In this document: positions 16,187-23,936 of the stretch, piece after piece
Layout of the letters: the number at the start of each line of letters is the position of its first letter
How positions within the stretch are numbered: the first letter of the stretch is position 1
Source: an uncultured Planctomycetaceae bacterium
GTDB taxonomy: Bacteria > Planctomycetota > Planctomycetia > Pirellulales > Thermoguttaceae
Direction of reading: 5' to 3'
Length of the DNA: 44,898 nucleotides
Assembly (NCBI GenBank): GCA_964481605.1
Contig: CAYZWG010000001.1
Location: forward strand, 1 to 44,898
Made by a program: the position numbers and the translations under genes
The notes under the pieces: generated by a model
The model's database searches: none
Told to the model about the DNA's origin: nothing
Seen by the model: only the letters and a program-made list of their open reading frames with translations

Positions 16187-17983
16187 TTACTCCACCCGCT
16201 CGACATACACAAATCGCGCCCCGTACGGCTTCCGGCCGCCCTGGTTGGTGATCCATGCCTCCAGCCGCTCGGCCGGACTGGCCTTCAGCTCGATGGGATC
16301 GAACCCCAGGCGAACGCCGCCGGCGGGCAGCGGATAGGGCATCGCTCGGTCGCCGGCGGGGTTCTTGCCCGGCGTAAGCTCGCGCTGCAACTCGACCTGC
16401 TGAATCCGCACGTGCAGCACGGCCGGCCGCTTGGGGCCGTCGGCATCGACGGTGATCCGGAACCGTCCTCCTTGGGGAACCGCCAGTTCCCAATAGCCCA
16501 GGCCCGTGGGGCCCCAGTTCGCCTGGGGGCCGCGCCAGTCCTGCCGCGTGAGAACGGTCGTCGCTTCATGCGGCGTGCCGATCAATATCCGCGGTGCCCC
16601 GTAGCCGTGGTCGCGGCTCACATCGTCGAGCCAGGCGTCGTATTGCTTGCGGAGTCGCTCCACCGTTTGGGGATGCTGGGCCGCGATATTGACCAACTCC
16701 AGCGGGTCTTTCTTCATGTCGTACAGCTCGAACGGCACGTCGGCCGGGTCGGCGCCGGGCTGCACCTTCCAACTCGGCTGGACCAGCTTGTAGTTGGCCG
16801 AGCGGGCGGCGCACGCCCGATAGCGCACCGGCTCGTCGCCCCGGTGCCACTGGAAGAAGAGCGTCCGCGGGCTCCAGGCGACCTGCTTGCCTTCCAGCAG
16901 GGGCAAGATGCTGCGGCCGTCGAGCTGGACGTCCTTGGGCGGGGCCACGCCGCAGGCCTCCAACAGGGTGGGCAGCACGTCGATATGGGCCGCCGCCTGC
17001 CGGACGACGCGGCCGGGCTTGAGTCGTGCCGGCCAGCGGACGTAAAAGGCCGTGCGGATTCCGCCCTCGTAGACGCTGCCCTTGAACGCCTTCATGCCGG
17101 CGTCGTAGCGGGCACCGTTGGGGCCGTTGTCGGTGAGGAAAACCACGATCGTGTTTTCGGCTAGGTTCAACTCGTCCAGCGTGTTGAGGATTCGCTCCAC
17201 GTTCTCGTCGATGTTCTGCACCATGCCGAACACGGCGGCGGTGTTCTTGGGCACGGTGGGGCGGAGATGGCCCACGGCGGGAAAATCGCCCGGCTTCATC
17301 TTCAAGTCGTCGTAGGGGCGGGAGTATTTCTCGGCCACCTGAAAGGGGCCGTGAGGACAATTGAAGGGCAGGTAGACGAAAAACGGCTCCCGGCGGTGCC
17401 GGCGAACAAACTTCAACAGCGCGTCGACGAAAACATCAGAGCAATAGCCCTTGGTCTTGACGCGACGGCCGTTGTGCAAGAGCGATGGATCGAAGTAGGA
17501 ATTGCCGGGTGGGCCGGCCGGCTGGCAGAGTCCGCCGCCGGTGTGGACCAACGATTCCTCGAAGCCCTGGTCCATCGGCCGCATGGGATAGCAATCGCCC
17601 AGGTGCCACTTGCCGAAGATGGCCGTGCGGTAGCCCGCCCCACGGAGCATCTCGGCGATGGTGACCTCGTCGGTGTGCATCATCGCCCGGCCCAGCCAGG
17701 TGTCGGTCACGCCGGTGCGGTAGTTGTAGCGGCCGGTCATCAACGACGCCCGGGTCGGCGCGCAGCAGGGAGAGACGTAGAACGACTTGACCTCCACGCT
17801 CTGGCCGGCGAACCGGTCGAGCACGGGCGCCTTGATGATCGAGTTGCCGTGCACGCCCAGGTCGCCGTAGCCCTGGTCGTCGGTCATGATCAAGATCACG
17901 TTGGGGCGGTCCTCGGCCACCGCGGCCGACAGCCAGACACCGGCAATGAGAACCGCAAGACTTCCCGCGGCAAAATGCTTCAT
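16187..17983 (-). CDS. Sulfatase (arylsulfatase family; formylglycine-dependent)
   Basis: ORF 16187..18175 trimmed to the ATG at 17983, which follows AGGAG. There is a signal peptide MKHFAAGSLAVLIAGVWLSAAVA. Motifs are NVILIMTDDQGYGDLG and the sulfatase signature CCAPTRASLMTGR (C-x-P-x-R). Confidence 0.95.
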   Translation of the reverse strand: MKHFAAGSLAVLIAGVWLSAAVAEDRPNVILIMTDDQGYGDLGVHGNSIIKAPVLDRFAGQSVEVKSFYVSPCCAPTRASLMTGRYNYRTGVTDTWLGRAMMHTDEVTIAEMLRGAGYRTAIFGKWHLGDCYPMRPMDQGFEESLVHTGGGLCQPAGPPGNSYFDPSLLHNGRRVKTKGYCSDVFVDALLKFVRRHRREPFFVYLPFNCPHGPFQVAEKYSRPYDDLKMKPGDFPAVGHLRPTVPKNTAAVFGMVQNIDENVERILNTLDELNLAENTIVVFLTDNGPNGARYDAGMKAFKGSVYEGGIRTAFYVRWPARLKPGRVVRQAAAHIDVLPTLLEACGVAPPKDVQLDGRSILPLLEGKQVAWSPRTLFFQWHRGDEPVRYRACAARSANYKLVQPSWKVQPGADPADVPFELYDMKKDPLELVNIAAQHPQTVERLRKQYDAWLDDVSRDHGYGAPRILIGTPHEATTVLTRQDWRGPQANWGPTGLGYWELAVPQGGRFRITVDADGPKRPAVLHVRIQQVELQRELTPGKNPAGDRAMPYPLPAGGVRLGFDPIELKASPAERLEAWITNQGGRKPYGARFVYVERVE

Positions 17984-18178
17984 CGGTCGTTCTCCTGGGC
18001 AAGACCACGCGGGCCGGCGCGACGGGCGCCGGTCTGGGTGCATGATAGGAGCCCCGGGCGGCCGATGCAAGAAGGGGCTGAGGCTTGCAAATTTCGTCCC
18101 CGCCGACCAGGATGGGAGACAGGCAACCAGGGTGAATGCCGCCTTGCGTTGTGGCCGGTCTCCTGACCGAGCCACTCA

Positions 18179-18331
18179 CGCGGGTGGCCCCGATAGCTCT
18201 GCTATCGGGGTGCCATGAGGCACGGGAGGCGAGGATTTGCGGCGTGCCGGACTGCCGCCCACACGCGGCATGGTCGCCTATGCCTCTTGCGGCTGCGCCG
18301 CCCTGATAGGCGAGCTATCAGGGCCACCCGC
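18179..18331. repeat. Composite ~153-nt repeat (family F), left copy. It contains the hairpins CCCCGATAGCtctGCTATCGGGG and CTGATAGgcgagCTATCAG
   Basis: It aligns by eye, at roughly 85% of aligned positions, with the reverse complement of 19930-20101. Confidence 0.8.
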
Positions 18332-18365
18332 AGTCCGTGGAAACCGGCGGTCGGGGATTACGGCA

Positions 18366-18414
18366 GGGTCGGGAGACCCGCGCCGAACGCGCGGCGGGAG
18401 ACCCGCGCCGAACG
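18366..18414. repeat. Family B REP, two tandem copies in reverse orientation (GGGAGACCCGCGCCGAACG)
   Basis: Direct reading of the sequence. Confidence 0.8.
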
Positions 18415-18489
18415 CTGGAGGGGAGACAGGCAACGCCGCCCTGGGTAACGTGATTTCCAACGCAGGCCCCCAGGCCGATCGAGCAGCCC

Positions 18490-19641
18490 ATGACTCAGGT
18501 CGAGTGGTACTACTCGAAGCACGATCAGCCGATGGGCCCGGTGTCCACGGTCGAGTTGAGGCAGTTTGCCAGGCGGGGCGAGTTGGGCGAGGGCGACCTG
18601 GTTTGGCGAGAGGGGATGGACGAGTGGCTGCCGGCCGGAAAGATCAAGGGCCTGTTCCGGTCTTCGGGCGAGCCGGCGGCAATTCCCACCCCGCCGCCCC
18701 AACGGGAGCCGGCGCCGCCGGTTGAGCCGGTGCCGCCGGTTGAGCCGGTGCCATCGGTGGAGCCGGCGCGGCGGGTGGCGTTTGAGCGATCGGCGTCTGC
18801 TTTTGAAGAGCGGTCGCCGGCAGGGCAGCATTGGCTCGATGCCGGGCTGGCCATCCTTCGCCGCGGCCTCACTCCGCATTTCGCGGAATCGACGGCCACG
18901 ATCTTTCGGCTCCTGGGCCATTGGGGGATGTACGCCGCCATGGCGACAGGTGGTGCGGTGGGTCTTCTGACGGCGCTGGTGGGAGGTGGACCGGCGGCGG
19001 CGGCAACCGGCCTGGTCGCGGTGGCGATTCTGTGGCTCTTGCAGTACGTGGCGATGCGGTTGCTGGGTGTGCTCGACCGGCTCCATCGAGCCACGCCCTA
19101 CCGCGTCTCCAACTCGATCTTCTTCGACGCAGTCAGCTTGGCGTCGGCGGCCAGCGGCTTTGCCCTGCTGCTGGGGCTTGCGGTGACGGCGCTGGGGTCC
19201 GGCCAGTTTCTGCTGATACTGGCCGCCGTGGGCAGCTTCATCCTCTGCCAACACGTGGCGGTGCTCGCCTTGAACCCTGCCACGCTGAGCATCACGGTCT
19301 GGGCGGAAACCCCGCCCGCCGAAGAGGCCCTGGGGGTCCTTGCCTTCTTCGTCAAGCTGCCGGCGCGAATCGCCCCGGTGGGCTACGGGGCGGGCGTCGC
19401 CCTGGGGACCGTGGAGATCGTTCGAGCGATCGTTCGTCTCTGGCAGATGGACGAAGTGGCCGGCGTGTTTCAGTTGGTCGAGGTGCGGATCGGTTTTGCC
19501 GTGGTGGTGGCCGCGGCGGTGCTGCCGCTGGTCGCGTACCTCGCCTTTCTGCTGGGGCACCTGGTGCTCGAACTGGCCGGCGCGGGGCTGGGGTGCGGCG
19601 TGGGGGGCAGAAAATCGGCTGGCCGGGATCGAGCAAGCTAG
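18490..19641 (+). CDS. GYF_2 (DUF4339) domain protein with a Pro-rich linker and a multi-TM C-terminal domain
   Basis: WYYSKHDQPMGPVSTVELRQFARRGELGEGDLVWREGMDEWLPAGKIKGLF is a GYF_2 signature. The linker is (PPVEPV)x2 plus PSVEPA. Several hydrophobic segments follow (e.g. AATGLVAVAILWLLQYVAM, FALLLGLAVTALG, FLLILAAVGSFIL, FAVVVAAAVLPLVAYLAFLLG). Confidence 0.8.
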   Translation: MTQVEWYYSKHDQPMGPVSTVELRQFARRGELGEGDLVWREGMDEWLPAGKIKGLFRSSGEPAAIPTPPPQREPAPPVEPVPPVEPVPSVEPARRVAFERSASAFEERSPAGQHWLDAGLAILRRGLTPHFAESTATIFRLLGHWGMYAAMATGGAVGLLTALVGGGPAAAATGLVAVAILWLLQYVAMRLLGVLDRLHRATPYRVSNSIFFDAVSLASAASGFALLLGLAVTALGSGQFLLILAAVGSFILCQHVAVLALNPATLSITVWAETPPAEEALGVLAFFVKLPARIAPVGYGAGVALGTVEIVRAIVRLWQMDEVAGVFQLVEVRIGFAVVVAAAVLPLVAYLAFLLGHLVLELAGAGLGCGVGGRKSAGRDRAS

Positions 19642-19753
19642 GCTCCATCGGAAAACCGCCACGCTGGCGATGTTGCCGGAGGTATGAGGAAGGCCACTGA
19701 AAGGGTCCGCCAAGCCAGACGGTTTGCCCTTGCGGATTGTATATCATCGTGAA

Positions 19754-19848
19754 ACCACGGATCACACGGATGACACCGATAGAACACCACGGCATCGCCA
19801 ATCACTTTCGTGGTTGAGTCCATCCGAGATATCCGTGCCATCCGTGGT
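19754..19848. repeat. Family D inverted repeat built from ACGGAT-type 9-nt periods (ACCACGGATCACACGGATGACACCGAT ... ATCCGAGATATCCGTGCCATCCGTGGT)
   Basis: The arms 19754-19780 and 19822-19848 are about 20/27 complementary. The region is locally AT-richer. Confidence 0.65.
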
Positions 19849-19929
19849 GAGAGAATATTGAAGATTCTCGCGGGAAACGGCAGAGCCGGTGGATTGTCTG
19901 TGATTCAGTTCGGATTGCAGACGAGTTTC

Positions 19930-20101
19930 CGCGGGTGGCCGTGATAGCTCGCCTATCAGCGCGGCGTGGCCGCAAGAGGCACCTGTTCGGCGCGGGGCTG
20001 CCGACCCCGCTCCACGCGTGCGGGCGGCAGTCCGGCACGCCGCAATCCTCGCCTCCCGCGCCTGCGGCATCCCGATAGCAGAGCTATCGGGGCCACCCGC
20101 G
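19930..20101. repeat. Composite repeat family F, right copy (inverted relative to 18179-18331), with an inserted family B-like unit
   Basis: Its reverse complement aligns end to end with 18179-18331. The extra segment ggggtcggcagccccgcgccgaac accounts for the length difference. Confidence 0.8.
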
Positions 20102-20122
20102 GGGCCACCCACGGTATTGCGG

Positions 20123-20755
20123 CTATCCCCCCACCTCCCAGGACGCGCCGTCCAGCCACGTTCGCCAACTTTGGTATCTGGGGCTGTCCAACTTTTGCAA
20201 CAGAATCGGACTTCGCCGGGGGCGAATGGGCTGGCGGCGCAATTTCATCTGCGCTTCCTTGGGCGTGCGGCCGCCTTTCCTCACGTTGCACGTCAAGCAG
20301 GCGCAGACCACGTTTTCCCAGGTGGTTCGCCCGCCGCGACTGCGGGGCACCACGTGATCCAGGCTCAACTGTCCCGTGGGCATCCGCCGCCCGCAGTATT
20401 GGCAGCGGTGGCCGTCGCGGGCAAAGACCGTGTGCCGGTTCAGGCGCAACGACCGTTTGGGCAGGCGGTCGTAAAAGAGGAGGCGGATCACGCGGGGAAC
20501 CAGGACTTCGAAATGGACGGATCGAATCCAGTCCTCGTGCGGCTGTTTTTCGTCGGCCTTGAGTTCGCTGATTTCGATCCAGGAGGGGAAATCGAAGTTG
20601 GCGAACTTGCCGTCCTCGAAATGAACGACTTCGGCCATATCGCGACAAAGCAGCCCGAACGCCCGACGTGCGCCCACTACGTGGACGGCCATGTAGATCC
20701 GGTTGAGCACCAGCACGCTGGCCGCCAGTGCATCAGAGCCGTTCGCGCCCGGCAT
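20123..20755 (-). CDS. HNH endonuclease family protein (McrA-like)
   Basis: ORF 20123..20797 trimmed to the ATG at 20755, which follows GGGAGA. The motif is FARDGHRCQYCGRRMPTGQLSLDHVVPRSRGGRTTWENVVCACLTCNVRKGGRTP (H-N-H with CxxC...CxxC). Confidence 0.9.
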   Translation of the reverse strand: MPGANGSDALAASVLVLNRIYMAVHVVGARRAFGLLCRDMAEVVHFEDGKFANFDFPSWIEISELKADEKQPHEDWIRSVHFEVLVPRVIRLLFYDRLPKRSLRLNRHTVFARDGHRCQYCGRRMPTGQLSLDHVVPRSRGGRTTWENVVCACLTCNVRKGGRTPKEAQMKLRRQPIRPRRSPILLQKLDSPRYQSWRTWLDGASWEVGG

Positions 20756-21349
20756 GAGACAGTCTCCCAGGAGTCTCCCCGCTGGCCGTGGACACAAGGC
20801 GCGCGGTCCGGCTCGGACACGCGCTCCCCACCGTCGAGCAAATGCTCCGCGGTTCGCGCCATTGATTTCTCCCTTGACACCGGGGACCGTCCGCCACGGC
20901 CCGGGAGACCATAATGATTCATTTTAGTCTGCCCCCCCCGAGAACGCCAGCGCGTGCGGCGAGGGGTGCGGTGCGGGCGTGAATCCGTCCTGTTACGGCG
21001 TTTCGCCCAGCCGTCTCGGCGGTTTCCGGTTAAGATAGCGAAGGCTCTCCCCCCGGCGGTGTCAGAGAGGGGAGCGATTTCCGTGTCATGATCGGTTGCC
21101 ACAGGCACCGCAGGGGGGGAGCTTTTCGCCGCCTCCGAAGGTTCCACGCCGGGTCCAACTTGGCCGCGATTGGCCCACCCTGGCGGCCACGGCCCGAAAC
21201 GGTCGATCGAAAGGATTCTTTGCCCGGATGGAAAATATTGCCCAAGACGTCTTGCGTCGTGCGGAGTCTTGTCATTAGGATGAAGTTGTTCGCGGTCTCT
21301 TCGCGCGTTCGGAAGACGACGTTCGTCCGATGATCTGGGGAGCGGGTTG

Positions 21350-21658
21350 ATGATTCGTTACACGTGTGATCTTTGCAAGCGGGAGCTTGATCCCGAAGAT
21401 GACCTTCGCTATGTCGTGAGAATTGAGATCGCCGCCGCGTTCGATCCGATGGTCAGCGATGACGACGAGGACGATCGCGATCACTTGGAGGAAATCCAGG
21501 ACATTCTCGAACGGTTGGAAGACGCCGAGAGTGAGCGGATCGGAGACGAAGTGTATCAGCAGATGCGTTTCGATCTCTGCCCCGAGTGCCGCAAACGATT
21601 TGTCCGACGTCCTCTGGGGCGCAAGAACAGCACAATCTTCGGTTTCAGTGAGAACTGA
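21350..21658 (+). CDS. Hypothetical small acidic protein with a split zinc-ribbon (CxxC ... CxxC)
   Basis: MIRYTCDLCKRELD...acidic core DDDEDDRDHLEEIQDILERLEDAESE...FDLCPECRKRF. The ATG at 21350 is preferred to the ORF-track TTG at 21347. No family was recognised. Confidence 0.6.
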   Translation: MIRYTCDLCKRELDPEDDLRYVVRIEIAAAFDPMVSDDDEDDRDHLEEIQDILERLEDAESERIGDEVYQQMRFDLCPECRKRFVRRPLGRKNSTIFGFSEN

Positions 21659-21833
21659 TTCGCCCCCGTGGTGAGTCGTCGGCGTGCTGTTGCTTCTCAC
21701 CCGGCAGCCACCGGCCGCCGTGGCGTGGTCTACCGACCCCGCCGAGAGCCTCCTGTTCGGCGCGTTGTCTGCCGACGCCCCGCCGGCCGAGCCTTGATTC
21801 TCCATGGCGTAAGAAGCGTGGCACGCACGGTCG

Positions 21834-22658
21834 ATGATCGCATTATCCTACCACGACAACGTGTATCGAAGCGCTGCCGGAACCGTTTCCTTGTTGGCCA
21901 GGGCTTTTCCTTCCCTGGCGTTCTACAGCCGGTTTCTTGCCATCGTGTTGCGGTCCGGCGCCCAAGCGAAACGGGGCCAATATGACGACCAAGCGTGGTG
22001 GCAAAGCAGCCTCCAGGTCCTCCGTGCGCTGGAGCGCGTGGGCATGCGCGTGGAGATTACGGGCATCAGGCACATCGCGCAACTCGAGACCCCGTGTATC
22101 GTGATCGCCAACCACATGAGTCTGCTGGAAACACTCTTGATTCCCGGCATTGTTCAGCCGGTTCGGGAGATCACCTTCGTGGTCAAGCAGAGCCTGCTCG
22201 ATTATCCCGTGTTTCGACACGTGATGCGTTCACGCGATCCGATTGCGGTCAGCCGGACCCATCCTCGCCAGGATTTGAAAGCCGTGTTGGAAGGGGGGAC
22301 GGACCGGTTGAAACGGGGAATCTCGATCGTGATCTTCCCCCAGACCACCCGCTCCGCCGGCTTCGACCCCGCGCGGTTCAGCACGATCGGGATCAAGCTG
22401 GCCCGGCGTGCGGGCGTGCCGATTGTGCCTCTTGCCCTGTTGACCGATGCCTGGGGAAATGGGAAGTACCTCAAGGACCTGGGAAGGATCGATCCCTCCA
22501 AGGACGTCCGTTTCGCCTTCGGCGAGCCGATTCGGGTTGAGGGTCGGGGGGCCGAAGAGCACGAGGCCGTGCTCCGCTTCATCGGCGGGAAGTTGCGAGA
22601 CTGGAGGGAACAGCGGGGGGACACGGCACCCGAACCCGTCCATTCGGACTTGAGATAG
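21834..22658 (+). CDS. Lysophospholipid / 1-acyl-sn-glycerol-3-phosphate acyltransferase family protein (PlsC-like)
   Basis: Acyltransferase block I variant IVIANHMSLLE (expected H-x4-D, here H-x4-E). Later blocks are FVVKQSL, IVIFPQTTRS and VPIVPLAL. The RBS is weak and the start is uncertain. Confidence 0.75.
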   Translation: MIALSYHDNVYRSAAGTVSLLARAFPSLAFYSRFLAIVLRSGAQAKRGQYDDQAWWQSSLQVLRALERVGMRVEITGIRHIAQLETPCIVIANHMSLLETLLIPGIVQPVREITFVVKQSLLDYPVFRHVMRSRDPIAVSRTHPRQDLKAVLEGGTDRLKRGISIVIFPQTTRSAGFDPARFSTIGIKLARRAGVPIVPLALLTDAWGNGKYLKDLGRIDPSKDVRFAFGEPIRVEGRGAEEHEAVLRFIGGKLRDWREQRGDTAPEPVHSDLR

Positions 22659-22763
22659 CAATCGCCGAGGCCGGGCATAGGCCCTGCCGGTCGACCCCTT
22701 GGCCACGAAAACGCTTGGCGGGCGTGGCCCGGCGCGCACGTTCGGTTTCCCACGGGAGCGAGC

Positions 22764-23321
22764 ATGTCGTCTTTCACATCTCGCCGCCGCCGCGACCGTT
22801 TTCGGCGGACCCTGGTGCTGGCCGTGGCGCTGGGCGCGCTGGTGCTGGTTCGCTTCTGGCGGCAGCAGGCGAACCCTCCCCCGCCGGAAATGCTCGCCGA
22901 GGGCAGCCACACGGTGCGGCGCGTGGTCGACGGGGACACGTTGCTGCTGGCCGATCGGGCCCGGGTGCGACTGATCGGGGCCGACACGCCGGAAACGGTC
23001 AAGCCCGGCTGTCCGGTCGAACCCTGGGGACCGGAAGCGACCGAGTTCACGCGGCGGTTCGTTGCGGCGGCCGGCGGATCGGTTCGCTTGCAATTCGATC
23101 GGCAGCGAATCGACCGCTACGGCCGGTTCCTGGCCTACGTGTGGGTCGGCGACCGGATGCTCAACGAGGAGCTGATTCGGGCCGGACTGGCCACCGCCCG
23201 AACCGAGTTTCGCTATTCCGAGTCGATGAAACGGCGATTCCTTCGTGCCCAGGAGGAGGCCCGATCGGGCGGGCGTGGAATCTGGAGCGGAGCCCCGGCC
23301 GGCAAGCCGCCATCGCCTTGA
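22764..23321 (+). CDS. Thermonuclease (staphylococcal nuclease, SNase-like) family protein, membrane-anchored
   Basis: TM segment LVLAVALGALVLV. SNase motifs are VVDGDTLLL...VRLIGADTPE, GPEATEF, DRYGRFLAYVW and NEELIRAGLA. Confidence 0.85.
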   Translation: MSSFTSRRRRDRFRRTLVLAVALGALVLVRFWRQQANPPPPEMLAEGSHTVRRVVDGDTLLLADRARVRLIGADTPETVKPGCPVEPWGPEATEFTRRFVAAAGGSVRLQFDRQRIDRYGRFLAYVWVGDRMLNEELIRAGLATARTEFRYSESMKRRFLRAQEEARSGGRGIWSGAPAGKPPSP

Positions 23322-23344
23322 GCCTGGATGCCGGTGGTTACGAC

Positions 23345-23403
23345 GGGGTCGGCAGACCCGCGCCGAGCGTTACGGCGGGGTCGCCAGACCCGCGCCGAGC
23401 GTT
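23345..23403. repeat. Family B REP variant, two tandem ~29-nt copies (GGGGTCGsCAGACCCGCGCCGAGCGTT)
   Basis: Direct reading of the sequence. It lies immediately after the thermonuclease stop codon. Confidence 0.8.
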
Positions 23404-23486
23404 GGGTAGAGGTTGTGGTCGTGCCCGCGATACCGCCTTTTCCGCCCCACCCCCCCCCACGGGTGCGTAGACGCGAACCTTGCGGC

Positions 23487-23515
23487 TTGACCCGTGCACT
23501 ATACTTTCGTAGACT
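23487..23515 (+). promoter_or_regulatory. Candidate sigma70-like promoter TTGACC-17 nt-TAGACT
   Basis: Hexamers and the exact 17-nt spacer were read directly from the sequence. The predicted TSS is about 23521-23523, feeding a ~165-nt transcript that ends at the terminator 23647-23687. Confidence 0.4.
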
Positions 23516-23540
23516 TGTGAAAGTCCAGTTCCGCCGAGAG

Positions 23541-23609
23541 ATGCGAGTGATGTCGAGCACGATCCGATTGCCGCGGTTGCTCTTACCCCTGGGAAGGGGG
23601 CGGCCGTAG
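23541..23609 (+). CDS. Candidate 22-aa leucine-rich leader peptide MRVMSSTIRLPRLLLPLGRGRP upstream of leuA
   Basis: Five Leu in eight codons (TTG CCG CGG TTG CTC TTA CCC CTG), including a TTA that I would expect to be rare at this GC content. The ORF lies between the candidate promoter and a strong terminator. The RBS is weak (gagag). It could be a chance ORF inside an sRNA. Confidence 0.3.
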   Translation: MRVMSSTIRLPRLLLPLGRGRP

Positions 23610-23646
23610 GGTTCGCGCTGGTGGGACTGTGACGTCAAAGCCCGAG

Positions 23647-23687
23647 AAAACCCTGAGGTTGCCCAAACCTCGGGGTTTTTTTGTTTT
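23647..23687 (+). terminator. Strong intrinsic terminator / possible attenuator, 250 nt upstream of the leuA start
   Basis: AAAACCCTGAGGTT-gccca-AACCTCGGGGTTTT forms a 14-bp stem with one G.U pair, followed by TTTgTTTT. Confidence 0.8.
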
Positions 23688-23936
23688 CATCGTGTCAAGG
23701 GGAATGCCGTGAGAATGCTCGATCTGAAGAGCTTGCGACGGCTGGGTCCGACGAGGGCATGGTTGGTATTGTCCCGGCCGGCCAAGGGTCGGCAGTGCGT
23801 CTGAAGTTGGACGCCCATCGACGGCCTGGGCCCGTTTGCCCTCGCCCGCCGAGTGTCCGGGGCGGGTCGCCGGGCCGGTGGCCAACTCGTCAAGAAGAGC
23901 ATTTTGTCCCTTTTCCCCTTGTTGGATGGCCAAGAA

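Noticed and set aside
23516-23690. The ~165-nt promoter-to-terminator transcript considered as 6S RNA (ssrS) or another known housekeeping RNA.
   Set aside because: It is too short for 6S. I found only an imperfect 8/10 closing helix, with no long irregular hairpin or central bubble, and no SRP, tmRNA or RNase P signature sequences. I kept it as a leader or unknown sRNA candidate instead. An Infernal/Rfam scan is needed.
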